Part shown: positions 27,848-37,212 of the stretch, in pieces | Position numbering within the stretch: the stretch's first letter is position 1 | Layout: each line of letters opens with the position of its first letter | Source of the DNA: Patescibacteria group bacterium | GTDB taxonomy: Bacteria > Patescibacteriota > Microgenomatia > UBA1400 > PJMF01 | Direction of reading: 5' to 3' | DNA length: 64,000 nt | Assembly: GCA_045541795.1 (NCBI GenBank) | Contig: JAZQJV010000018.1 | Location: 118,236 to 182,235 of the forward strand | The notes under the pieces: model-generated | Databases searched by the model: none | The model's input: only the letters and a program-made list of their open reading frames with translations | What the model was told of the DNA's origin: nothing | Position numbers and translations under genes: made by a program

Positions 27848-28243
27848 ATGTCAGATAATGCAAAAAAAATCTTACTCGTAGAAGATGAAACAGAACTGCG
27901 AGAGCTATACAAAATCCTCTTACAAGGGGAGAATTATCAGGTAGATGCTGTCGGTGACGGCAAAGCCGGACTGGAAGCAATGAGTCGCGGCGGCTATGAT
28001 TTGGTCCTTTTGGATATCATGCTGCCATTCATTGACGGACTAGATGTGCTTGAGCGCAATGCTAAATCGGATATTGCTACCAAGCAGCCCAATAAATCCG
28101 TGGTTTTGCTTACCAATTTGGCTCAAGACCAGACCATTGCCAAGGGGCTGGAGTACGGCGTGCGTGGTTACATGATCAAAAGTGACTACAACCCAGAACA
28201 GCTATTGGAAGCGGTCGCTGATTTCATCGCCAATCCGGCTTAG
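27848..28243 (+). CDS. Stand-alone response-regulator receiver (CheY-like) domain protein
   Basis: KILLVEDE, the phospho-acceptor Asp in LVLLDIMLP, and the conserved Lys in GYMIKS. No output domain. It overlaps or abuts the ANL gene, so the two are likely co-transcribed. Confidence 0.7.
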   Translation: MSDNAKKILLVEDETELRELYKILLQGENYQVDAVGDGKAGLEAMSRGGYDLVLLDIMLPFIDGLDVLERNAKSDIATKQPNKSVVLLTNLAQDQTIAKGLEYGVRGYMIKSDYNPEQLLEAVADFIANPA

Positions 28244-28250
28244 GTGCCGT

Positions 28251-28631
28251 TTACATCCCATCTACCAATGTGGGGACACTGATGCCACTAGCATCTGTGC
28301 CGAAGGCCACCGTCAGGACGAGCTGGAAAACGGCCCAGGTGCATGCCAACACTAAAATACCGATAATGGCGGCTAAAATCTGATTACGGGCGTCTTCGAC
28401 TTTACCCTTATCGCCGCCAGAAGCGATCCAGTGAATGGCGCCCATGATGAGGTGATAAAGAGTTAGTAAAGCCGCTACCATGATAGTGAGCGTAAACACG
28501 TTATGCAAAAGCGAGCCAGCACTGGGGTTGATTTTCAGACCGCCGACGCCATTGGGATCGAGATCGTTGAGATTAAAAACCCCCGCCGAAAACAGCGGAA
28601 TACTTGCCAGTTGACCGTACTTTTTATTCAT
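28251..28631 (-). CDS. TrbC/VirB2-like pilin family protein (paralog 1)
   Basis: Of 126 aa, with two hydrophobic helices separated by WIASGGDKGKVEDARNQ. Same architecture as 40090-40563 (MISGGNPSGFETAKNT). Confidence 0.45.
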   Translation of the reverse strand: MNKKYGQLASIPLFSAGVFNLNDLDPNGVGGLKINPSAGSLLHNVFTLTIMVAALLTLYHLIMGAIHWIASGGDKGKVEDARNQILAAIIGILVLACTWAVFQLVLTVAFGTDASGISVPTLVDGM

Positions 28632-28880
28632 TTACACTTTCTAACAATAAGTACTATTATATACCCATTTGATCATTTTGTCAAGAGGGGAAACGCATTC
28701 CGCTGTCACCAAGATTATCGGAACTGTATCCCATCTAGTAAATACGGATTGGCTGGCGCCGTGGCTTCATCAGCCGTCAGATTAAAACGTTTCACCGTAT
28801 TCCATAAAAGATATAGTTTGTCAAAGGTGAATGCAACTGCCACCCACATTGTCATCCAAGCGTGATATAATAAGATGTAG

Positions 28881-29546
28881 ATGCAAAAAATTTGGCAAGC
28901 AATTGGTGATTTTTTGGTAGGGTTGATCTATCCACCTTTTTGCGTACGTTGCGGGCAAATCGGCACTCTTTTTTGCGATCGCTGCTATACTCATCTCAAT
29001 TTCATCACCACCAAAAACCTAGTGCCATCACTTTTTCGTGACGAAAAAAACCCGGTGTATCTGGAAAATGTGACAGCCCTGTGCGTCTACGACGCTGTAC
29101 TGAAAAAAGTTTTACATCAATACAAATACGGCGGCGTGCGCGATCTTTTCCGGTCATTGGCTTACTGGCTTTATGAATTTACATCCTGGGACGCAGACAT
29201 TATCACTTACATTCCCATTCATAAAAAAAGGAAAGTGGAGCGCGGCTATAATCAAGCCCAACTTCTAGCACAGGAATTGTCGCGCTTGTCCGGCATTCCT
29301 TGCGTCAGCCTGCTCGCTCGTCCCGTCTACAAACAAAAGCAAGCCTTAAGCAAAAATAAAGCCGAGCGTCTTGCCAAAACTAAAAACATTTTTGCCGCCC
29401 GCGAAAATGACCTCGATCGTCGTCTTAGAGTTCTAATAATTGATGACGTAGTCACTTCTGGCGCTACTCTCAATGAAGCGGCGCGGATTCTGCATGATGC
29501 CGGTTTCCAGCACATCCAAGCCTTGGCAGTAGCGCATGGAGATTGA
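28881..29546 (+). CDS. comFC: ComF family protein (ComFC-type phosphoribosyltransferase)
   Basis: N-terminal 4-Cys zinc finger (CVRCG...CDRCY) and a C-terminal PRTase motif LIIDDVVTSGATL. Confidence 0.7.
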   Translation: MQKIWQAIGDFLVGLIYPPFCVRCGQIGTLFCDRCYTHLNFITTKNLVPSLFRDEKNPVYLENVTALCVYDAVLKKVLHQYKYGGVRDLFRSLAYWLYEFTSWDADIITYIPIHKKRKVERGYNQAQLLAQELSRLSGIPCVSLLARPVYKQKQALSKNKAERLAKTKNIFAARENDLDRRLRVLIIDDVVTSGATLNEAARILHDAGFQHIQALAVAHGD

Positions 29547-31344
29547 TATGTCAGAGATTCAAGACATCAAAGATCGGGTGGTTTTAAGTGAAATTATAGG
29601 CCGTCACGTCAAGCTTACTCCGGCTGGCACTTACCTCAAGGGCCTTTGCCCTTTTCACCATGAAAAATCTCCTAGCTTCCACGTCAACGACCAGCTCGGC
29701 TTTTATAAGTGTTTTGGTTGCGGTGAGGGAGGGGATGTCTTTAATTTCCTGGAAAAATACGAAGGTATGACTTTCCGCGAAGCACTAGAGTATTTGGCAG
29801 AAATGACCGGCGTCCAGCTTGTCAACCGTCAAAGCTCGCCCGAAGACAAACTGCGCGAACGCGTCCTTAAATGCCTAGAGGAAGCCGCTAACTGGTATCA
29901 AAAAAACCTCTCTGAGCCGGTAGGTGAGCAAGCCCGAAAATATCTGCAAACGCGCGGTACTAGTAGCACACTGATCAAAGATTTCAAACTCGGTGCCGCT
30001 CCTGATGATTGGCAAGCACTCTGTACTTTCTTGCGCCGTCAAAAATTTAGTGATGAAGAAATTGTCGCCGCCGGCCTTGCTAGGAAAAAAGATACTGGCC
30101 GGATTTACGATGCTTTCCGTGGTCGGCTGATGTTTCCACTGCGCAACCATCGTGGTCAGGTAGTTGGTTTTTCCGGTCGTCAGCTCGTCACCAATCCCAA
30201 CGAAGGTAAATACATCAATACCCCAGAAACTATGGTCTATCACAAAGGCAAAATGTTATACGGTCTTTATGAACATGCGGGGCCGATCCGCAAAAATAAG
30301 ACCATGCTGATCGTGGAGGGCGAGTTTGACATGCTGTCTAGTACTCAGGCTGGAGTGGACTTTGTCTGCGCGATCAAAGGCTCAGCGCTTACGGCCGATC
30401 ATGCCACACTAATATCCCGGTACACCAATAAAGTTTTGCTCTCGCTTGACAGCGATAATGCCGGCATTAATGCCACCAAAAAAGCCATCAAAGCGCTGCG
30501 TCCGCAAGGAGTAGAACTGCGCGTAGTAATGATAGAAGGCGGCAAAGACCCAGATGAGCTTGCCCGGAGTAATCCTGCCTCATGGCGTGAACAGGTCAAA
30601 AAAGCAGTGAGTGTTTATGAATTTTTCATTCAAGTCATCACGACCCAAAACGATATTCGTACGATCGACGGCCAAAAACACGTCCTCCAGGAACTCGGGC
30701 AAATTTTCCCGCTGATAGACAACCGCCTGGAGTACGAATTCTACCTCAAAAAAGTCGCCTCCATCCTCAATCAAGACCTCGAAGTGGTGCGCGCTGACAT
30801 CCAGCAATACGGCCAACTCTTGCCAAAAGATCCGCCATCATCTCCTAAGCTCCAGGCTCATCCCCCCAAAAAATCCTCTGGCACTCCCAAGCTCAAGCGT
30901 CAGGAGGCCTATGTCTGGTTTCTTTTCTTGCAATGTCTGGCTCGGAGCGAGCAAATTGCCGATGCTAGTACTTACGTCATTCATGCTGACTGGCAGACGC
31001 CGTTTTTGCGCCAACTTGCCAGTGCCTATCAGGATTATTATCAAAAAAATCCTCAAGCCACGCTCAAGGGTTTTCATCAATCACTACCAGAGGATTTCCA
31101 GGATAAAGTCGCACTTTTGAGCCTTAATCAAAATTTCCTCACGCTGGCGGGCAAAACCAATCTCCAGACAGAATGGCTCAAGCAATCAAAAGCTCATGAA
31201 CGCCTGGTGGCGACCCAAAAAATTGCCGTACTTGCGGCGGAAATCGCTGCCTTGGATAAAATTGATGACCCCACTCTGGAGCAAGAAAAACACAAAAATG
31301 AGCTCCTCCAACAGGTGGTCGAGCTGCGCAGATTTAAACTCTAA
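29536..31344 (+). CDS. dnaG: DNA primase
   Basis: CHC2 zinc finger (CPFHHEKSPSFHV), RNA polymerase domain and Toprim (LIVEGEFDMLS...DSDNAG). Confidence 0.85.
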   Translation: MEIDMSEIQDIKDRVVLSEIIGRHVKLTPAGTYLKGLCPFHHEKSPSFHVNDQLGFYKCFGCGEGGDVFNFLEKYEGMTFREALEYLAEMTGVQLVNRQSSPEDKLRERVLKCLEEAANWYQKNLSEPVGEQARKYLQTRGTSSTLIKDFKLGAAPDDWQALCTFLRRQKFSDEEIVAAGLARKKDTGRIYDAFRGRLMFPLRNHRGQVVGFSGRQLVTNPNEGKYINTPETMVYHKGKMLYGLYEHAGPIRKNKTMLIVEGEFDMLSSTQAGVDFVCAIKGSALTADHATLISRYTNKVLLSLDSDNAGINATKKAIKALRPQGVELRVVMIEGGKDPDELARSNPASWREQVKKAVSVYEFFIQVITTQNDIRTIDGQKHVLQELGQIFPLIDNRLEYEFYLKKVASILNQDLEVVRADIQQYGQLLPKDPPSSPKLQAHPPKKSSGTPKLKRQEAYVWFLFLQCLARSEQIADASTYVIHADWQTPFLRQLASAYQDYYQKNPQATLKGFHQSLPEDFQDKVALLSLNQNFLTLAGKTNLQTEWLKQSKAHERLVATQKIAVLAAEIAALDKIDDPTLEQEKHKNELLQQVVELRRFKL

Positions 31345-31389
31345 AAAATTGCCAGCCAAACTGCCCAAAAGTGTGATATAATATAGCAT

Positions 31390-31632
31390 ATGCCAATTTT
31401 GAAAAACGCAAAAAAAGCTTTACGTAGTAGTGAACGCAAACGGGTCATCAACCGCCGCGTCAAAACCCAAGTGAAGACTTTCATGGACAAAGTCAAAAAA
31501 TCTGGTTTGGCCGCTGATGGCAATGCTGCTTATTCCGCTATTGATAAAGCCGTCAAGAAAAACTTGATCCATCACAATAAAGCTGCCAGGCTTAAAGCCC
31601 ACGTCGCCAAGGCCATCAAAGCCAGCAAGTGA
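31390..31632 (+). CDS. rpsT: Ribosomal protein S20
   Basis: MPILKNAKKALRSSERKRVINRRVK matches S20. A TGaTATAAT box ends about 8 nt before the ATG. Confidence 0.85.
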   Translation: MPILKNAKKALRSSERKRVINRRVKTQVKTFMDKVKKSGLAADGNAAYSAIDKAVKKNLIHHNKAARLKAHVAKAIKASK

Positions 31633-31672
31633 GCCCTGTCCTGCTTGCCTGATACAGCCAGAAAGGTGTGGT

Positions 31673-33496
31673 ATGAACTCTGATACTTTACCAGTGTCTA
31701 GTGATAAGATCCGCAACTTTTCTATAATTGCTCATATTGATCACGGCAAGACCACGCTGACCGATCGTCTTTTGGAGCTCACGGGCAACGTCACTCGGGG
31801 ACAGGCGGAGCGAGTCATGGATTCCAATCCCATCGAAAAGGAGCGCGGCATCACCATTAAATTAGCTCCGGTCAGGCTTAATTACCGCGGCTTTCAGCTC
31901 AATTTGATTGATACACCAGGGCATGTAGACTTTAATTACGAGGTTTCCCGGTCTCTGGCAGCCTGCGAAGGCGCGCTCCTCGTGGTGGACGCTACTCAGG
32001 GAGTGCAGGCTCAGACTCTTTCAAATTATTACAAAGCCGCCCGGCTCGGCCTCAAAATCATCCCCGTCATTAATAAAATCGATCTACCAGTGGCCGATGT
32101 GGAAAAAACCACGCTCGAACTGATGGAAGCCTTTGATTTTGCTCCCGAAGATGTGATCGCTGTCTCGGCCAAATCTGGCGTCGGCGTCGAGAAAATCTTA
32201 GACGCCATCATCCGGCAAATCCCGCCACCCTCAAGTAGTCAATACGCCGGAGCGCCGGATGATCCCGCTTGCGGCTCTATCATCACTGCCACTTTTGACC
32301 GCCATCGTGGTGCTGTCGCTTATGTCCGCATGTACCAAGGACAAATCCATCATGATGACAAACTCATCTTCTTGGCCAACGGTCAGACCTGCCATCCGCT
32401 GGAAATTGGCTGCTTTTCGCCGTCAATGACGCCACTGTCGACACTAAGCGCCGGTGAGGTCGGCTATATTTGTACTGGTCTCAAAGACATCCGTCAGCTA
32501 GCCATCGGCGATAGTTTTACCACTTTTCCCGCTGATCCCGCCGTCCAGCCACTGCCGGGATTTAAAAAAGTCCAGCCAGTAGTCTTCATGGAAGTTTATC
32601 CTATTGATGCCGATCTTTTCCCGTCGCTCCAGGATGCCGTCATTAAACTTTCTTATCACGATGCCGCCCTCACTTATTCCACCACTCATTCCAACGCTTT
32701 GGGATCGGGGATCAAAGTGGGTTTTTTGGGAATTTTACATGCTGAGATCGTCCTTGAGCGCCTTAGTCAAGAATTTAATCTCGATCTGATCGCTACCGCG
32801 CCCACCGTGGATTATAAAGTAACTCTCACCACGGGTGAGCAGTTGCACGTCTTCACGCCTTCGGATCTACCGGATCCGTCGCAAATCGCCCAGATCGAAG
32901 AACCGATCGTCCGCCTCGAAATTTTCACGCCTGAGCTTTACGGCAGCGACATTATCCAATTTGTCCGTTCTCGGCGCGGCGAGCTGACCAGTAGCGAGTT
33001 TACCGCTGGCAACCTCAAAATTATTTTTAAGCTCCCCCTAAGCGAACTCATCACCGATTTTCACGATCAGCTCAAATCATTAAGTTCTGGTTTTGCTTCT
33101 CTTGAGTACGAACAAATTGGTTACCGGGCAGTAGACGCTGTCAAAGTCAGTATCCTTTTGGCCGGTGAGCCAGTGGAAGCCCTCAGTTTTATTGCCCTCG
33201 AGTCACAAGCAGAAGCCAAAGGTCGAGCAATGGTGGAAAAACTCAAAAAAGTTGTCCCGCGCCAGATGTTTGAAATCCCCATCCAAGCCGCCATCGGGGC
33301 CAAAGTTATCGCTCGCGAGACAATCAAAGCCTACCGCAAAGACGTGACAGCTAAACTTTACGGCGGCGACGTCACTAGGCGTCAAAAACTCCTCAAAAAG
33401 CAAGCTCGCGGCAAAAAACGGATGAAGCAATTTGGCAAAGTCAATCTCGATCAGGATGTATTTTTAAGCCTTTTGCGCCAAAACACGAATGAGTAG
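31673..33496 (+). CDS. lepA: Elongation factor 4
   Basis: The G-domain IRNFSIIAHIDHGKTTL with LepA-specific C-terminal domain length (607 aa). Confidence 0.85.
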   Translation: MNSDTLPVSSDKIRNFSIIAHIDHGKTTLTDRLLELTGNVTRGQAERVMDSNPIEKERGITIKLAPVRLNYRGFQLNLIDTPGHVDFNYEVSRSLAACEGALLVVDATQGVQAQTLSNYYKAARLGLKIIPVINKIDLPVADVEKTTLELMEAFDFAPEDVIAVSAKSGVGVEKILDAIIRQIPPPSSSQYAGAPDDPACGSIITATFDRHRGAVAYVRMYQGQIHHDDKLIFLANGQTCHPLEIGCFSPSMTPLSTLSAGEVGYICTGLKDIRQLAIGDSFTTFPADPAVQPLPGFKKVQPVVFMEVYPIDADLFPSLQDAVIKLSYHDAALTYSTTHSNALGSGIKVGFLGILHAEIVLERLSQEFNLDLIATAPTVDYKVTLTTGEQLHVFTPSDLPDPSQIAQIEEPIVRLEIFTPELYGSDIIQFVRSRRGELTSSEFTAGNLKIIFKLPLSELITDFHDQLKSLSSGFASLEYEQIGYRAVDAVKVSILLAGEPVEALSFIALESQAEAKGRAMVEKLKKVVPRQMFEIPIQAAIGAKVIARETIKAYRKDVTAKLYGGDVTRRQKLLKKQARGKKRMKQFGKVNLDQDVFLSLLRQNTNE

Positions 33497-33512
33497 ATGA
33501 TATAATAGTACC

Positions 33513-34127
33513 ATGCAAGATAAAGATGGACGCCAACTTGATCAAAAAACTATTGCCGCTAAAGTGAGCCGCCGGTTGCAGGCGTATTGGCTAGAATTTG
33601 TCACTGGTTTTTTATGGTGGTTCGTCGGTCATATCCCGTTTCACACCGTCCGCAAACTTTTTTACCGTCTTTCTGGCATACGTATCGGCCGTCATTCCAC
33701 CATTCATATGCGCGCGCGCATTTTTGATCCCCGTTTTATCACTATCGGCGATGACACGATTATTGGCGAACGCGCGACGCTTGATGGTCGCCGTCAACTG
33801 CCGGGCTCTGACAGCTATCTGTGCATCGGCAATCATGTGGATATTGCCTCGGAAGTGATGATTTGGAATAGTGAACATGATCTAAAAAGCCCTACTTGGG
33901 CGGCTCGTGAAGAGCCGGTAATCATTGATGATTATGTTTTTATCGGCCCGCGCGCCATCATCTTGCCGGGGGTCAGGCTGGGGCGGGGGAGTGTGGTCGC
34001 CGCGGGGGCGGTGGTCACCAAAGACGTGCCAGCCATGACCATTGTCGCTGGCGTCCCCGCCAAAAAAATCGGCGAACGTCAGGGAGCGCTTGATTATCAG
34101 CTCGGCCGGTATCGGCTGTGGCAATAG
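33513..34127 (+). CDS. Hexapeptide-repeat acetyltransferase (WcaF / sugar O-acetyltransferase-like)
   Basis: Left-handed beta-helix repeats (VFIGPRAIILPGVRLGRGSVVAAGAVVTKDVPAMTIVAGVPAKKI). Confidence 0.6.
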   Translation: MQDKDGRQLDQKTIAAKVSRRLQAYWLEFVTGFLWWFVGHIPFHTVRKLFYRLSGIRIGRHSTIHMRARIFDPRFITIGDDTIIGERATLDGRRQLPGSDSYLCIGNHVDIASEVMIWNSEHDLKSPTWAAREEPVIIDDYVFIGPRAIILPGVRLGRGSVVAAGAVVTKDVPAMTIVAGVPAKKIGERQGALDYQLGRYRLWQ

Positions 34128-34472
34128 TCATTCCCAATCAGTGACAGATTGGCAGGAATTTGGAATGGGAGAGCCAGCAAAATTGCGTCCCCTCATTTCC
34201 CTTTCTTGTGTTATAATAGCGACAGCACAAGTACAAATTATTGCTGAAGGGAGACGTGAAGAGTTAACAGAAGAAAAATGAACCGCACCAACACGAAATT
34301 ACGATGGATGGCAATCGAAAGCGGAAAGAAGCGAGTGACGTATTCTGGCTTAAGTATAGGTTTTCGATTGAGGAAGCTGTTATAGCGACTCCTGAGATAA
34401 TTTGTGCTTGTGCGGGTCGGAGAGTCGCTCGTTTCTTTGCGTCAGCATACCTTTTGCAGCTAGAAAGCACGT

Positions 34473-35684
34473 ATGAACGGGAAAATAGTGCCGGTGTTTT
34501 TGGCGGCAGTTTTACTTCTCCCCTTATGGAGGGGAGATAGGCATACCACAGGTACAGCCAGAGGGGAGGTGCAAGCAGCCAGTAGTGCCACCACCAAAAA
34601 ACTCAAAGACGTGGCGCTTGGTGAGGTTATCCAAATTGGTGTTACTAAGTACGTCAAGATCGCTGCCAATAGCTATCAGGCGGTAAAGCCGTATACCTGT
34701 GCTGACCCAGTACTCACTTATGCCGGTGCTAGCAAAAGTTTCACTTATACGGGGAACTATCAGACATTTACGGCATATGCTGGGTGCCAGTACCAGGTGG
34801 AGCTGTGGGGTGCACAGGGCAATGACAACGGTTCAGTACTTGGCGGCAGAGGCAGTTACACTGCCGGATTATTTACGCCAGACGGCACAAGCTCACTTTA
34901 CGTTTATGTCGGCCAACATCAACAGTCAGTGCTAGCAGCTTCCTTTAATTGCGGTTCTACCGGCCCCTTAAATCACGGCGGCGATGCTGTTGGCTACGGG
35001 GGCGGCGGTGCTACAGATATTCGCACCGTAAGCGGAACTTGGGATAATGAAAACTCACTGCGTTCCCGGATCATTGTCGCCGCCGGCGGTGGTGGCAGTA
35101 AAATCTGGGGCGGTTGTAATTCAGTCGGATCTCAAGAAGGGATTTTTGCTGGCGGTATTAGCGGCTATACTGGTCCAGGCTCTGGTTACGCACCCAATGC
35201 TTGCGTCGCCGGGACTGGCGGTACTCAAGTGGCTGGTGGCAGTGCCTCTACGTGTACTGGTAATGGTGGCACCAGAGCGAGTGCGGGCAGCTTTGGTAAA
35301 GGCGGCAATCCTGGCAGTACATATAGCGCCGGTGGTGGCGGCGGCTGGTATGGTGGGGGCGGCGGCACTGCTAGTCACTGTTATATTGCCTGCGGCGGTT
35401 CTGGTTCCTCTTACATCTCCGGCCACACTGGCTGCGTCGGCGTCACTTCACTAAGCGACACTACTCCCAAATCCGGCTGCACCACCGGTACGACTAATAA
35501 TGCCTGTTCGCTTAGCCCTACTGGTCTGAGCTTCACTGACACCGTGATGATTGACGGTGCTGGTTATTCCTGGACAAATGTAAAAGGATCACTTCAACAA
35601 ATGCCCAATCCTGCCGGCGGTTACTACGCGAGCGGCGTGGGTCATACCGGCAATGGTGCCGCCCGTATCACCCGCCTTAATTAA
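34473..35684 (+). CDS. Secreted glycine-rich protein
   Basis: Signal peptide, then poly-Gly tracts (GGGGSKIWGG, GGGGGWYGGGGGTASHCY) and a Cys-containing C-terminal region. Function unknown. Confidence 0.45.
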   Translation: MNGKIVPVFLAAVLLLPLWRGDRHTTGTARGEVQAASSATTKKLKDVALGEVIQIGVTKYVKIAANSYQAVKPYTCADPVLTYAGASKSFTYTGNYQTFTAYAGCQYQVELWGAQGNDNGSVLGGRGSYTAGLFTPDGTSSLYVYVGQHQQSVLAASFNCGSTGPLNHGGDAVGYGGGGATDIRTVSGTWDNENSLRSRIIVAAGGGGSKIWGGCNSVGSQEGIFAGGISGYTGPGSGYAPNACVAGTGGTQVAGGSASTCTGNGGTRASAGSFGKGGNPGSTYSAGGGGGWYGGGGGTASHCYIACGGSGSSYISGHTGCVGVTSLSDTTPKSGCTTGTTNNACSLSPTGLSFTDTVMIDGAGYSWTNVKGSLQQMPNPAGGYYASGVGHTGNGAARITRLN

Positions 35685-35718
35685 TCACTTACCACTCTTT
35701 CTACCTTTTAGATGTGCT

Positions 35719-35748
35719 CACGCCCGCGAAAGCGGGCGCGGGTTTTTT
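35719..35748 (+). terminator. Rho-independent terminator
   Basis: gcccgc, loop gaaa, gcgggc, then gcggg and tttttt. Confidence 0.6.
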
Positions 35749-35841
35749 AATCTCGTATTTTGTACACAAAACATACCCATTTAACCCCTTGCAATGTGCA
35801 CCACACGATGATAAAATAAAAACGAGAAAGAAAGAATTTTT

Positions 35842-37059
35842 ATGCTCAACAACCGCAAACTGATTTACTTCATCTTAGTACTCGCCATTGCCATCGTGAG
35901 CGCCGGCATCGGCGCCTGGTTCGGCTACGGCCAAAAAGTAAGCACCGGCACCAAACTGCTAACTGCCAATCATGTTGCTCCCGCAGACTCATCACTTGCC
36001 GAAAGTCAAGAATACGAATCGCTGCTGGCCGATATCGAGGCTGGTAACTTTGCACAAACCGAGGCAGCTCCAACGACACCGGCCTCAATTGCTCCTGTCA
36101 TGTCTGGCAGCGTCGAGCCGTCAGGCACAGTTCCCAAAACCGTCTCCATCCCCACGCTGGGAGAAGCCAACGCCATCAGCTACACGAGCAGGGATCTCGG
36201 TGGCGGCAACTGGGAGAGTCACTTTTACATCTATACGGTGGATTTTGGCGGCGATGTCTTTAACTTTTTGGATCTGTCGCTTCCCGTCCATGCTGCCGCT
36301 TACGTGGGCGCCGTGCCAGGATTTAGTGACCACACCATGGTTTTCAGCTCTTCAGATGACGCTGGTATGCCGATCATTTATGCTGTCGACCTGGCAGAAA
36401 ATCCGGATCAATACGTCACTTTCGCCAGCGTCGCCGATCAGAAGGCCTTTTGTCAGTTGGTGCCTAACTGCGATCTTGGTTCCTCGATTTTTGCGCTGCA
36501 AAAAGTAAACGGCCGGCTCGCTTTTAACACCGGCGTAGATTGCTACGCTAATTCCTGTCCTACTTATTATATCGATTTGTTTAAAGGCGGTCACCTGGAA
36601 AACGCTACCAGTCAACCAGCAAACGCACCATTAGCTTATCCCAATAGCCTTTCTGCCAGTGACGGTTTCAGCGTCCAGCGGGAGGGCGGCAGCTTATATT
36701 TAACCGATCCTTCTGGTAAATCAAGCGAAGTTCTAAGCGGTGTCATTAGTTACTTTTTCTGGCGCAATCACATTTTTTACCTGCTCAATAACGACCGCAC
36801 CAACGTCTACCGTTTTGATATCCGCTCTGGCAAGTCGGACTCAATCTATACAGTCACTGGCGGCCGCTTGCTTGGTCTGTCCACCATGGGTCAAAATAAA
36901 ATCTTGCTCACCTTCCAACCCGATGGCTCCAATCAGTGGCAGTCCCGGATCATTGATCATGATGGTCAAGCGGCGAGCTTCACCTATTACCAAGCTGGCG
37001 CAGCTGTACCCGTAGATTTCAGCGACACTCACAGTATTACGGTGCAGTACTTTGAGTAG
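35842..37059 (+). CDS. Hypothetical membrane-anchored extracytoplasmic protein
   Basis: N-terminal TM (LIYFILVLAIAIVSAGIGAWF) and a Gly/Ser/Thr-rich body. No motif assigned. Confidence 0.4.
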   Translation: MLNNRKLIYFILVLAIAIVSAGIGAWFGYGQKVSTGTKLLTANHVAPADSSLAESQEYESLLADIEAGNFAQTEAAPTTPASIAPVMSGSVEPSGTVPKTVSIPTLGEANAISYTSRDLGGGNWESHFYIYTVDFGGDVFNFLDLSLPVHAAAYVGAVPGFSDHTMVFSSSDDAGMPIIYAVDLAENPDQYVTFASVADQKAFCQLVPNCDLGSSIFALQKVNGRLAFNTGVDCYANSCPTYYIDLFKGGHLENATSQPANAPLAYPNSLSASDGFSVQREGGSLYLTDPSGKSSEVLSGVISYFFWRNHIFYLLNNDRTNVYRFDIRSGKSDSIYTVTGGRLLGLSTMGQNKILLTFQPDGSNQWQSRIIDHDGQAASFTYYQAGAAVPVDFSDTHSITVQYFE

Positions 37060-37212
37060 TCACTAGCAAAATTGCAGAGTGCATCAACGCTCACAAAAAT
37101 GTCAGCGCAAAAATTAGCAGTCTCATGTCTACTCTGCTAATGATTTTAATGGTGTTAAAAAATACTGAAACACAAAGCAAAATTCATTTATTGTACACAA
37201 TAAATACTCAAT

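Noticed and set aside
34304-34540. Small ORFs in the 345-nt spacer before the Gly-rich protein
   Set aside because: They have no RBS or promoter context and overlap the signal-peptide start of the downstream gene. The spacer is treated as non-coding and possibly regulatory.
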